64,000 nucleotides of DNA from a virus. Positions 15,871 through 24,916 of the stretch are shown here, piece by piece (positions within the stretch are counted from its first letter, which is position 1; every line of letters begins with the position of its first letter). A model generated the notes under the pieces. The model was not told the origin of the DNA and did not search any database. It saw only the letters and a program-made list of their open reading frames with translations. Where the stretch lies: the IMG/VR virus record IMGVR_UViG_3300045391_001876, positions 1 through 64,000 of that record. One strand, written 5' to 3'. The position numbers and the translations under genes are program-made.

Positions 15871-16722
15871 CTGCTGCTGGACCTGTTCTGTGGTGCAGGC
15901 GGCTCGTCGGTCGGCTACAGCCGCGCCGGCTTCGCTGTGATCGGAGTGGACTGGCGGCCGCAACCCGGCTACCCGTTCCGCCTGATACAGGCCGACGCCA
16001 CTACCGTCGATGTCCAGGACTTACTGTCCACAGTGGACGCCGTCCACGCATCCCCACCGTGCCAGCGTTATTCCGTGATGGGACAACCCGGCATTGACCG
16101 GTCCCGATACCCGGACCTGATACCGGTCATACGGGAACGCCTACAGGCGTGGGGGAAACCGTGGGTCATGGAAAACGTCCCGCTGGCGCCGTTGCATGAC
16201 GCCAAGCTCGTGTGCGGAGTATCGCTCGGGCTGCGCGTCATACGGCACAGGCTGTTCGAGACTTCCTGGCCGTACGAACCGTTGCCCTGCACCCACCTGC
16301 ACGGCGGCAACGCGCTCGGTATCTACGTGTCTTTCTACGAGGGCCGGCGTCAACCGGCGGGACGTAAGACACCACCGCACCGCAAGGCGTCCCAGTTCCG
16401 CCAGGCCGCCGGGTTGACCTGGATGACCACGCGGGAGATGCGCCAAGCGATACCGCCGGCCTACACCGAACACATCGGCCGGCAGCTCCTCGACTACATC
16501 GACAGTCAGTCCACAGTGGAGGGAAGTGCTATGGCCGCGCGGGACGAGCAACTGGACGCATTCGACATCGGCATGGGAGCGGACGCGCCACCGAAGGCGG
16601 TAGTGCCGGACCCGCCCGTGGCCCCAACATCCATCACAGGGTTGAACACCATGATGGCCAGCATGGGCTTCCCGGGCGCGGACCTACAGGACCCGTGGGA
16701 CTACCAACAGCCGGCCAACTAG
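15871..16722 (+). CDS. DNA (cytosine-5) methyltransferase, start codon non-canonical or lost
   Basis: Motif I LDLFCGAGG (15877-15903), motif IV ASPPCQ, motif VI ENV, and C-terminal AIPPAYTEHIG. The frame opens at 15841, but the first ATG/GTG/TTG is 15937, after motif I. Only CTG codons (15871/74/77/83) lie upstream. Confidence 0.7.
   Translation: MLLDLFCGAGGSSVGYSRAGFAVIGVDWRPQPGYPFRLIQADATTVDVQDLLSTVDAVHASPPCQRYSVMGQPGIDRSRYPDLIPVIRERLQAWGKPWVMENVPLAPLHDAKLVCGVSLGLRVIRHRLFETSWPYEPLPCTHLHGGNALGIYVSFYEGRRQPAGRKTPPHRKASQFRQAAGLTWMTTREMRQAIPPAYTEHIGRQLLDYIDSQSTVEGSAMAARDEQLDAFDIGMGADAPPKAVVPDPPVAPTSITGLNTMMASMGFPGADLQDPWDYQQPAN
16026..16038. repeat. 13-bp word GTCCACAGTGGAC (perfect copy 4)
   Basis: Read directly. 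In the C5-MTase, read as S-T-V-D. Confidence 0.9.
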
Positions 16723-16741
16723 ACAGGGGAGGGAAAACCCC

Positions 16742-16927
16742 GTGGCACGAGGGAAGTCCAGCAAGCCCGCACCGATGCCGGGCGGTATGGATCACGTCAT
16801 GCCGACCGGTGGTGCGACGGCAGCAGAGAAACACCCGCCGGTCGACATGCCGCACCCGCTGCAAGCGGAGGTCCCGGCCACGTCCAGCACCGACGACGCA
16901 CACCCGCCAGGACCGGTCGCCAAGTAG
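16742..16927 (+). CDS. possible small protein (61 aa)
   Basis: GTG behind GGGAGGG. Pro/Ala-rich with weak coding signal. Confidence 0.3.
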   Translation: MARGKSSKPAPMPGGMDHVMPTGGATAAEKHPPVDMPHPLQAEVPATSSTDDAHPPGPVAK

Positions 16928-17069
16928 CGGCCGGCGGCTCCCACCACCTAGTCCCCACGACCGTCCACGCGGCAGGCCGCCAGCCACCGCATCCCTACTC
17001 CGGCAACACCCGAGGCAGCGCGCCACGCACCTCACCGTCAGTCCACAAGCGACAGTGAGGGGACTCGCC

Positions 17070-18341
17070 ATGAGCGAGATGACCGAGCGCCTACGGGAGC
17101 GCCGGCTCAACGTGTGGGAGCAGGCCAAGGCTTTGGCCGACCGCGCGGCGGACGAAAACCGCGCGTTCAGCTCCGAGGAGCAGGGCCAGTGGGACGCGCT
17201 GAACGAGGAGCTGGACAAGCTTGACGTTCGCATCAAGAGCGCGCTGGACGCACAGGAGCGCGCGAAGGAAGCCGACGCGGTCTTCGACCGGCTCGCCGGT
17301 GACAAGGCCGGCACCGACAAGCGCAACGCTGGCAACGACGGTGCGGACGCAAGCAAGACGGCCACGGAGCTGCGTGCGTTCCTGCGCGGCGAAGGCCCCC
17401 GTGCCATTGAGATCCGGCCGAACGGCCCGGTCAACTTCCGCACGCTCAGCAAGCTGACCACGGGCGCGGGTGGCAACCTCGTACCCACCACGTTCTATGA
17501 CCGCCTGATGGCCCACCTCATCGAGGTGAGCGCAATCCTCCAGGCCGGCGCGACTGTTCTCAATACCACGGGTGGCGAAAGCCTCCAGGTACCGAAGACG
17601 ACGGCCCACTCCACCGCGCTGCTGACCGCTGAGGCCGGCGCGCTCACCGCATCCGACCCGACGTTCGGCCAGGCATCCCTTGGTGCCTACAAGTACGGCC
17701 ACTTGGTCCAGGTCTCGCGGGAACTGCTCACCGACTCCGGTGTGGACCTGGAGGGCTACCTGGCCATGGAATCCGGGCGTGCACTGGGAAACGCGCTGGG
17801 CGCTGACCTGGTAACGGCCAATGGTTCCGGCAAGCCAACCGGCATCCTGAACAACACCACGCTTGGCGTTACCGGTCCTACCGGTGCCACGGGCGGTCTC
17901 GGTGCCACGTCGGCCACGCTGAACCAGGGCGCAGACCTACTGTTCGACCTGTTCTACAGCGTCATCGCTCCGTACCGCGCGTCCAGCGCCTGCGCATGGA
18001 TCGTGCGGGATGCCACGATGGCCGCGCTGCGGAAGATCAAGGACACCACCGGTCAGTACATCTTCCAACCCGCACTGGTGGCCGGCACACCGGACACCCT
18101 GATCGGGAAGCCCATCTACGTCGACCCCTTCGTGCCCGCGATCGCCACGGGTGCAAAGTCCATCATCTTCGGCGACATCAGCCAGTACTTCGTGCGGCTG
18201 GCCGGAGGCGTGCGCTTCGAGCGCTCGGACGAGTTCGCTTTCAACACCGACCTCGTCACCTTCCGTGCGTTGATTCGCGGGGACGGCATCCTGGTGGACC
18301 AGACCGGCGCGGTAAAGCACTTCATCGGAGCGACCACATAG
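17070..18341 (+). CDS. major capsid protein (HK97 fold) with N-terminal delta-like domain
   Basis: ATG 17070 (MSEMTERLRERR...), a coiled-coil N-terminus, then a typical HK97 MCP core (GGNLVPTTF..., YGHLVQVSRELL, TGQYIFQP). Confidence 0.9.
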   Translation: MSEMTERLRERRLNVWEQAKALADRAADENRAFSSEEQGQWDALNEELDKLDVRIKSALDAQERAKEADAVFDRLAGDKAGTDKRNAGNDGADASKTATELRAFLRGEGPRAIEIRPNGPVNFRTLSKLTTGAGGNLVPTTFYDRLMAHLIEVSAILQAGATVLNTTGGESLQVPKTTAHSTALLTAEAGALTASDPTFGQASLGAYKYGHLVQVSRELLTDSGVDLEGYLAMESGRALGNALGADLVTANGSGKPTGILNNTTLGVTGPTGATGGLGATSATLNQGADLLFDLFYSVIAPYRASSACAWIVRDATMAALRKIKDTTGQYIFQPALVAGTPDTLIGKPIYVDPFVPAIATGAKSIIFGDISQYFVRLAGGVRFERSDEFAFNTDLVTFRALIRGDGILVDQTGAVKHFIGATT

Positions 18342-18443
18342 ACCGGCTCGTCGGCCCTGGAGCCTTCAACCGGTTCCGGGGCCGACGACGGGCCAGATGA
18401 TCCACGAAGGGGTTGTGCATATGCGGCTACCGGCCATCGCTGT

Positions 18444-18977
18444 GTGCACGTGGTTGTGCCCCCGGCCGAGCTTGTCCAGGACGTGACCACCAACCCGCCG
18501 CCCAGCGATCCGGGTAACCCCGGCTGGACGCTTAACACCTTGCAAGCTCATGTGGCACAGGTCTTGGCCGAGCGGGACGCGCGGTACAGCCAGCGCATGG
18601 ACTCGATCGAACGCATGATCGAAATCATGGTGACCAGCCAGGCCGACAAGGTCACCTTGGCCCTGGCCAGCGCCGACAAGGCGGTGCTCAAAGCCGAGGC
18701 GGCCACGGAAAAGCGGTTCGAGGGCGTCAACGAGTTTCGCCAAGCGCTCACGGATCAAGCCGCAGCCTTCGTGACCCGGCGGGAGTTCGAGGCGTTGAGA
18801 ACGAGCGGTACGGAACGCATGGACGAGCTGAAAGAGCGCATGGACCGCACCACGGGTGTGACCGAGGGGGGCCGTACCCGAACCACCGACCAGCGCGCGG
18901 CGCTCGCGGCCTACGTAGGTCTAGCGGGACTACTGATCTCAGTGATCATCGTGGTGGCCACGATCCTGGCCCACTAG
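18444..18977 (+). CDS. coiled-coil protein with C-terminal transmembrane anchor (177 aa)
   Basis: Long helical region, then AALAAYVGLAGLLISVIIVVATILAH at the C-terminus. Confidence 0.5.
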   Translation: MHVVVPPAELVQDVTTNPPPSDPGNPGWTLNTLQAHVAQVLAERDARYSQRMDSIERMIEIMVTSQADKVTLALASADKAVLKAEAATEKRFEGVNEFRQALTDQAAAFVTRREFEALRTSGTERMDELKERMDRTTGVTEGGRTRTTDQRAALAAYVGLAGLLISVIIVVATILAH

Positions 18978-19014
18978 CTCCAGGACACCCAGAAAATCGG
19001 AGATCCCCTGACGT

Positions 19015-19054
19015 GCCGTGGCTTCCTGTCAACCACGGGGCAGGAAGCCACGGC
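19015..19054 (+). terminator. hairpin between head genes and sugar cassette
   Basis: 14-bp perfect stem gccgtggcttcctg / caggaagccacggc with a 12-nt loop. Confidence 0.45.
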
Positions 19055-19103
19055 GCCCCTCCACAAAGGACGGACATGACTCCACATAGGACAGTGGTTT
19101 GAG

Positions 19104-20285
19104 GTGCCCCTCAGGCGACAGTGCGCAGGCTGCGACTCGACCAGCCTGGACCCAGTGCTGGACCTGGGAAAGACACCTCTGGCCGACGCGTTTCCCCACA
19201 CGGCACAGGAGCCGGAGGTGTACTACCCGCTGGTCGTGGTGGTGTGCCGGTCATGCACGCTGGTTCAACTGGAGGACGTTGTCCCGGACGCGTTGCTGTA
19301 CGGGGCGGACTACGCGTTTCACTCCAGCGCGTCACCGGTCATCAGCGCATACCACCGGCAGTACGGCCAGTGGCTCATGGACCGGTATGGGGACAAAGCC
19401 CGTGCACTCACGGTGGAGATCGCTTGCAATGACGGCAGCCTTCTGTCCGTGCTTCACACCGCTGGTGCACGCGTGGTTGGCGTGGACCCGGCCACCAGCG
19501 CGGTGGAGGCCGCACGGGCTCGCGGTCTGTCCGTTGTGGACAGACCGTTCGACCAAGCCCTCGCCGCCGCGTTGCGTGACCAGTGGGGACCGGCAGGTCT
19601 GGTGGTTGCCAACAACGTGCTGGCACACGTGGCCGATCTTCACGGGTTCCTTGCAGCGGTGGAGTATCTGATGGCACCGGACGGCGTGGCCGTCGTGGAG
19701 TTCCAGTACCTACCGGATCTTCTGATCGGCAATCAGTGGGACCACGTCTACCACGAGCACCGCTTCTACCTGTCCGTGAACGCGCTGATCCCCATCCTGC
19801 GGCGTTACGGCCTGCATATCGTTCACCTACTGCGAACGCCCATGCAGGGCGGCAGCGTTCGTCTGAGCCTCACCAAAGCAGCCGGTCCGGTCGTGATGTT
19901 CCCCCGGGAAGATCGGTTGATGGTGCTGTTGGCCGGGTTCCAAGTTCGCGTGGACTACCTGGCCCGCCGTACCGCTGAACTGGTTCGCCAACAACAGGGC
20001 CGCGTGGCTGGTTACGGCGCGACCGCCAAGTCCGCAACTCTGCTGTCCTACTGCGGCATCGGTCCATCGGAGCTGGAGTACATAGTGGACACAACGCCCG
20101 GCAAGGTCGGGCGCGTCACGCCCGGCACGCATATCCCCGTGGTTGCCCCGGGAGACCAGCCGGTACCGGACGTGTACCTGTTGACCGCGTGGAACTACCT
20201 GGGCCGCGTGCTGTCCAACGAACGTAGCTTCTGCGACAACGGCGGTCGGTTCCTGGTACCCATTCCTGCCCCGGTGTTGCTGTGA
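19104..20285 (+). CDS. sugar-nucleotide C-methyltransferase-like SAM enzyme (TylCIII/NovU-type architecture)
   Basis: N-terminal zinc ribbon CAGCDS...CRSCTLVQL, SAM fold VEIACNDGS, and a C-terminal domain typical of NDP-hexose C-methyltransferases. Confidence 0.75.
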   Translation: MPLRRQCAGCDSTSLDPVLDLGKTPLADAFPHTAQEPEVYYPLVVVVCRSCTLVQLEDVVPDALLYGADYAFHSSASPVISAYHRQYGQWLMDRYGDKARALTVEIACNDGSLLSVLHTAGARVVGVDPATSAVEAARARGLSVVDRPFDQALAAALRDQWGPAGLVVANNVLAHVADLHGFLAAVEYLMAPDGVAVVEFQYLPDLLIGNQWDHVYHEHRFYLSVNALIPILRRYGLHIVHLLRTPMQGGSVRLSLTKAAGPVVMFPREDRLMVLLAGFQVRVDYLARRTAELVRQQQGRVAGYGATAKSATLLSYCGIGPSELEYIVDTTPGKVGRVTPGTHIPVVAPGDQPVPDVYLLTAWNYLGRVLSNERSFCDNGGRFLVPIPAPVLL

Positions 20286-21241
20286 GGGCGCTGATCACGG
20301 GTGTCTGCGGACAGGACGGTTCTTACCTGGCCGAACACCTTGCCGCTAGCGGGCACACCGTGTTCGGCTTGGTACGCGGACAGCCGAACGCGAAACGTGC
20401 CTGGATCGAGCGGCTGGTGCCTGGCATCAAGCTCGTGGAGGGAGACCTACTGGACCAGTCCAGTCTCCAGCGCGCGCTTGCCGCGAGTGAGCCCGACGTC
20501 GTCTACAACCTCGGTGCCATCACGTATGTCGGCATGTCCTGGCAGCAGCCAACGGTCATGTCAGAGGTCACCGGCCTCGGGGTGTTGCGATTGCTGGAGG
20601 CCGTCCGGGAGGTCAACCCGCGCGTCCGCGTCGTCCACGCCTCCAGCTCGGAGATGTTCGGGGACGCGCAGGAGAGCCCACAGACGGAGACCACGCGACT
20701 CGCGCCCCGTAGTCCCTACGGAGTAGCCAAGTGCTACGCGCACCACATGGTGCGCAACTACCGGGACTCCTACGGGCTGTTCGCGGCCACCGTGATCATG
20801 TTCAACCACGAGTCACCGCGACGCGGGACAGAGTTCGTCACGCGCAAGGTGACCCGAGCCGCGGCGCGTATTTCCCAGGGGCAGCAACGGTTTCTAGACC
20901 TGGGCAACGTGGACAGCCGACGAGACTGGGGTTGGGCACCGGAGTACATGACCGCGCTGCCGCTGGTGGCCCACCACACCGAGCCGGACGACTTCGTTGT
21001 GGCTACAGGGGAATCCCACAGCGTCCGGGAACTGGTGGCCGAAGCGTTCAGCGCCGTGGAGCTGGACTACCGCAATCACCTACGGATACGGGACAACCTG
21101 TATCGCCCGGCCGACGTAGACCATCTCCAGGGCGACGCAAGCAAGATACGGCGGACGTTCGGGTGGCAGGCCAACGTCGCGTTTGGACAAGTGGTCCGCC
21201 TGCTGGTGGCCCACGATCTGACCACGGTGGTGGCCGCGTGA
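20282..21241 (+). CDS. gmd: GDP-mannose 4,6-dehydratase
   Basis: ALITGVCGQDGSYLAEHL, YGVAKCYA and NHESPRRG motifs. Confidence 0.9.
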   Translation: MRALITGVCGQDGSYLAEHLAASGHTVFGLVRGQPNAKRAWIERLVPGIKLVEGDLLDQSSLQRALAASEPDVVYNLGAITYVGMSWQQPTVMSEVTGLGVLRLLEAVREVNPRVRVVHASSSEMFGDAQESPQTETTRLAPRSPYGVAKCYAHHMVRNYRDSYGLFAATVIMFNHESPRRGTEFVTRKVTRAAARISQGQQRFLDLGNVDSRRDWGWAPEYMTALPLVAHHTEPDDFVVATGESHSVRELVAEAFSAVELDYRNHLRIRDNLYRPADVDHLQGDASKIRRTFGWQANVAFGQVVRLLVAHDLTTVVAA

Positions 21242-21957
21242 AGTTCCTGCGACCAGCGGCTACAGCGATCCTGTGCAGCCACCGAAAGCACTACCTGGCC
21301 CACGCGCTACACGCTTTGACCCGCCAGACAAGAACTGACCTGCACATCCTGGTCCTGGACTCCGGTCAGTGGATCAACCGCGACGACGACCTGTCTCGGG
21401 CCATGCATCACATCTACCGCCGGTACGAACACCACCCGCTAGTGGAGTGGGTGTCCACGGGCGAGGGACCGGAGCTGCGGCGGGACGTGTGCCCCGTGGC
21501 ATGGGTAACGAACGAGGCCTTGCGAGCTGGGCTGGTACGCGGCCGGTACGTGTTTATGGCCTACGACGACGACGTACACCACCCGGAGTTCATGGCGCGG
21601 ATGGCCGGCTACCTGGACGACAACCCAGCGGCACAAGCGGTCTGGTGTTCTCAGGACCGCGTACGCCTTGGACCCAACGGGGAGAAGATCCTTGTCGGGC
21701 GCATCGCGGCCGAAGCACCACGGCATCCCGGCACGTGGGACTGTCATGTGGACGGCGCGCAAGTGATGATGCGCGCGGAAGTCCTGGACGCCATCGGCGA
21801 CCCGTGGTTGCCGGAGTCCCCCGACATCGGATCGTGTCGCCACTCAGACGGGCTGTTCCTGGAGAAGATGGGCCTTGTCACCGGTCCGGTTCCCAACATC
21901 CCGGACGTGCTGGTCACACACCGGTTCACACCACTGTCGACCTACACCCCGTCATGA
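21238..21957 (+). CDS. glycosyltransferase family 2-like
   Basis: GTG 21238 overlaps the gmd stop. AILCSHRKHYLAHALHALTRQT...LHILVLDSG and the DxD-like MAYDDDV. Confidence 0.75.
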   Translation: MKFLRPAATAILCSHRKHYLAHALHALTRQTRTDLHILVLDSGQWINRDDDLSRAMHHIYRRYEHHPLVEWVSTGEGPELRRDVCPVAWVTNEALRAGLVRGRYVFMAYDDDVHHPEFMARMAGYLDDNPAAQAVWCSQDRVRLGPNGEKILVGRIAAEAPRHPGTWDCHVDGAQVMMRAEVLDAIGDPWLPESPDIGSCRHSDGLFLEKMGLVTGPVPNIPDVLVTHRFTPLSTYTPS

Positions 21958-22172
21958 CCCCGGACAACCTTCGGCTGTCAACCGCTCTGTTCCGCGTGGG
22001 GGACGCCGTGGAGAAGTTCACGGGGGACTACCACCTGGTCGGGGAAGTGCGCGCCGTGTTCGTGACGCGGGCAGGCAAGGTGCGGTACGTGGTGGAGCAC
22101 ATGCCAGGTTTCCTACACATCTACGCGGCGAACAACCTGCGTGCGCTGGACGAGGACAGCCCACCGTCCTAA
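21954..22172 (+). CDS. hypothetical protein (72 aa)
   Basis: ATGA overlap with the GT2 stop. MTPDNLRLSTALFRVGDAVEKF... Confidence 0.5.
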   Translation: MTPDNLRLSTALFRVGDAVEKFTGDYHLVGEVRAVFVTRAGKVRYVVEHMPGFLHIYAANNLRALDEDSPPS

Positions 22173-22184
22173 GGAGACAGTCCA

Positions 22185-23147
22185 GTGAAGGTGTTCGGCT
22201 TCCATGACGGAGCCGCGTGCGGTTACTACCGCATGATGCTGCCACTGACCATGCTCGGCGACAACGGACACGAGGTGGACTTCAACCACGGCTGGCACGA
22301 GCGGGCCAAGGACTTTCCACTGATGGTGGGACAGCGCGTCGGCAAACCGGAGTCTCTGTCCATGTGGCGTCGGCTGGCTACCCCCGGTCGTCGTCTTGTA
22401 TGGGAGACAGACGACGACGTGTGGAACATCGACCCGGCCAACGGTGCCGCGTGGCTGGTCCACACCCCCGACGTACTGGACGCCCTTACCTTCACGGTCA
22501 ATACGGCGGACCTTGTAACCGTGTCAACGGAACCGCTCGCTGAAGTTGTCAGACCACTCAACCCCAACGTGGTGGTACTTCCCAACCACTTCGACGCCGC
22601 GCTCCTGGACGTTGTCCGTCCACAAAGGACAAAGATCACCGTGGGTTGGGCCGGTGGAGACAGCCACGTCCGTGACTTCGCAAGCGTCGCGTCCGTCCTT
22701 CGTCGCTTCCTTCTCCGTAACCCAGACGTGGACTTCCACAACATCGGCACTAGCTACCTCAACCCGTTCGGCCTACCAGGCCGGGCCACCACATGGTTGG
22801 CCGACGTGTGGGACTACTACCGCAGCATCGACTTCGATATCGGTATCGCACCCCTGGCCGACACCGTCTTCAACCGCAGCAAAAGCGGTATCAAGGCCCT
22901 GGAGTACCAGGCACTAGGTATCCCTGTGGTGGCCACGGACTGTCCGGCCTATCGCGGTGTAGTGCTGGACGGGGTAACCGGCTACCTGATCCGTAACGAA
23001 CACGAGTGGGGCCGGCGGCTGTACGAGCTGGCACGTGACCAGGACATGCGCGCGGAGATGGGCGCCAAGGGTCGGGAACACGCCGCACAGTGGACCATCC
23101 AACGGGGCTGGTCCCTGTGGGAAAAGGCGTACTCAGCCGTCGCGTAG
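22185..23147 (+). CDS. glycosyltransferase, GT-B fold (GT1/GT4-like)
   Basis: C-terminal SKSGIKALEYQALGIPVVATDCPAYRGVVLDGVTGYL is a typical GT-B nucleotide-sugar binding motif. Confidence 0.75.
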   Translation: MKVFGFHDGAACGYYRMMLPLTMLGDNGHEVDFNHGWHERAKDFPLMVGQRVGKPESLSMWRRLATPGRRLVWETDDDVWNIDPANGAAWLVHTPDVLDALTFTVNTADLVTVSTEPLAEVVRPLNPNVVVLPNHFDAALLDVVRPQRTKITVGWAGGDSHVRDFASVASVLRRFLLRNPDVDFHNIGTSYLNPFGLPGRATTWLADVWDYYRSIDFDIGIAPLADTVFNRSKSGIKALEYQALGIPVVATDCPAYRGVVLDGVTGYLIRNEHEWGRRLYELARDQDMRAEMGAKGREHAAQWTIQRGWSLWEKAYSAVA

Positions 23148-23381
23148 CGCGGCCGTCCACAACCTTCGCTCGCTTCTCTTGGCCTGGCGGCGACTTCGGG
23201 TGGACCGCCGGTGTCCCCACCCACGCGGCCCCACCTTGCGCCGCCGCCAGTCCTTACGCGTGGTGTCCACATGACAGGAGCAGTACCAGCGCTCCCCGCC
23301 TCGGCTTCCCAGCATCGGTGCCACAGCCAAGTCCCTTCCTCGGGTAACAACGTAACTCGTCATGAAAAGTGGTGTCCCGTC

Positions 23382-23582
23382 GTGCGCGTACGAATCCGGC
23401 AGTACATGTCAGGCACACGCAACGGGGAGGGCTGGCCCAACCCTGGGGAAGTGATGGAGGTCCCGGACCAGGAGGGAGCTGAGCTGTGTCGTAACGGGCT
23501 GGCCGAGCCCGTGAGCGAACCAGCTCCGGTTCAGCGCGCGGTTACCCCCACCCCGGAGAAGCGCTCGGCAGGGACACGCTGA
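23382..23582 (+). CDS. hypothetical protein (66 aa)
   Basis: GTG 23382 (VRVRIRQYMSGTRNGEGWPNPGEVMEVPDQEGAELCRNGLAEPV). Resembles small conserved actinophage head-tail region proteins. Confidence 0.45.
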   Translation: MRVRIRQYMSGTRNGEGWPNPGEVMEVPDQEGAELCRNGLAEPVSEPAPVQRAVTPTPEKRSAGTR

Positions 23583-23697
23583 GGCGCGCCGTGACACAAC
23601 CAATAGTGCTCGCGGAAGTAGTGGTCGTTGCTGACATCGAGGTGGTGTCCCCACCTGAGCCGGCACCAAAGCCGGACACGGACGGAAGTGACCCACA

Positions 23698-24066
23698 GTG
23701 ACAACCGGATTCGGTGCCGCCGGCCTGGCCAACGTGTGGCTCGACCAGTTGGACGGGTCCGCCGTCAAATTGCATACCGGTGACCCTGGTGTGGCCGGTA
23801 CGTCCAACGCCAGCGCGGAGACAACCCGCAAGGCCCTCACCTTCTCCGCCGCTTCGGCCGGTAGTAAGGCGGCCGTCGCAACGCTTCCCTCCTGGGCCAC
23901 CTGGTCGGCCGGATCGGAGACGTTGACCCACATCAGCCTGTGGACGGCCACGTCCGGGGGCACGTTCCGGTTGTCGCTCCCGCTCACCGCTTCCAAGGCA
24001 GTGGCCAACGGTGACACCGTCAACTTGACGAGCCTGACCATCGCGCTGATCCCGATCGCCGCGTAG
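23698..24066 (+). CDS. hypothetical structural-region protein (122 aa)
   Basis: KLHTGDPGVAGTSN...THISLWTATSGGTF pattern seen in phage structural modules. Confidence 0.5.
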   Translation: MTTGFGAAGLANVWLDQLDGSAVKLHTGDPGVAGTSNASAETTRKALTFSAASAGSKAAVATLPSWATWSAGSETLTHISLWTATSGGTFRLSLPLTASKAVANGDTVNLTSLTIALIPIAA

Positions 24067-24073
24067 GCCCACC

Positions 24074-24916
24074 GTGGCGGCCGTATTCGTCCAGGAAACC
24101 GGCGGCACCAGCGGAGCCAGCTCACCCGCGTCCTACGCGGTTACGCTCCCCAACCCCACCGTGTCCGGCAACCTGGTCGTGATCGTGATGGCCTCCGATG
24201 CCACGGTGGCGACACCGGCCGGGTTCTCCCTGGACAAGAGCCAGGTGAACAGCAACGGCCACTACCACTTCTCCAAGGTCGCGGCCGGGGAGAACAGTTG
24301 GACGGTTAGCCCGAACTCCTCGGCGGCCGGGTGTTGGTACGTGGCGGAGATATCTGGTCTGACAAGCACACCGCTAGATCAGACCGCATCCACGGGTGCC
24401 AGTACGGGCGCGACCACCCGGTCCACCGGCACCACCAGCGCGACAACACAGGCCGCGGAGCTGGCCATCGCCTCGTGGGGTTCCTCCAACGTGGGAACGG
24501 CGTTGACCTGGGGTGCTGAGAGCAACAGTTTCACCGAGCGAATCAGCGATGTTGTCACCTCCACGGCCGGGTCCAACGTGGCCCTTGCGGTCGCGTCCAA
24601 GGTGCTGTCTTCCATCGGCAGCGTGGAGTCCACGGCCACAGCGGACAGCGCGCAGGCACCCAAGTCCACCGGCATGGTGGTGACGTACCTGGTCGCGGCG
24701 GCTGGTGCCACGGTGACGCTCGACGGTGCACTTAGCGGCACCGGTCAGTTCACGGGGGCCGCGACGATGGGTCGCAACGTGGCCGCAAGCACTACGGGCA
24801 CAGGGCTTTTCACCGCAGCAACCGCCCAACCTGCCACGGTCGGCACGCTCACGTCCACCGATGCGCCGACGAGCACGCTCACGTCCACCGACCAGCGGAC
24901 AGGAGGACCAGCATGA
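24074..24916 (+). CDS. Ser/Thr/Ala-rich structural-region protein (280 aa)
   Basis: Long S/T/A/G tracts. The C-terminal LTSTDAPTSTLTSTD is encoded by a 30-bp tandem repeat. Confidence 0.6.
   Translation: MAAVFVQETGGTSGASSPASYAVTLPNPTVSGNLVVIVMASDATVATPAGFSLDKSQVNSNGHYHFSKVAAGENSWTVSPNSSAAGCWYVAEISGLTSTPLDQTASTGASTGATTRSTGTTSATTQAAELAIASWGSSNVGTALTWGAESNSFTERISDVVTSTAGSNVALAVASKVLSSIGSVESTATADSAQAPKSTGMVVTYLVAAAGATVTLDGALSGTGQFTGAATMGRNVAASTTGTGLFTAATAQPATVGTLTSTDAPTSTLTSTDQRTGGPA
24843..24891 (+). repeat. direct repeat, 19-bp gcacgctcacgtccaccga twice with 30-bp period
   Basis: Copies at 24843-24861 and 24873-24891, read directly. Confidence 0.9.

Noticed and set aside
16695-17069. Upstream extensions of ORFs (16695-17069 before the capsid gene; likewise 20731-21237, 34642-35376, 4903-5505, 8122-8274, 7026-7133)
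   Set aside because: The extensions are Arg/Pro-rich and overlap upstream genes. Internal starts that overlap the preceding stop codon (ATGA/GTGA) give products beginning at the conserved domains.
14372-17491. Long minus-strand ORFs 14372..15196 and 16634..17491
   Set aside because: They are antisense to the portal/protease and capsid genes, with low-complexity Arg/Ser/Cys-rich translations.
23133-23363. 76-aa Arg-rich minus-strand ORF in the 234-bp gap after the GT-B gene
   Set aside because: It has a weak RBS, low third-position GC at its start and a highly basic low-complexity tail. It could still be a real small reverse gene, so it is left unannotated rather than called.
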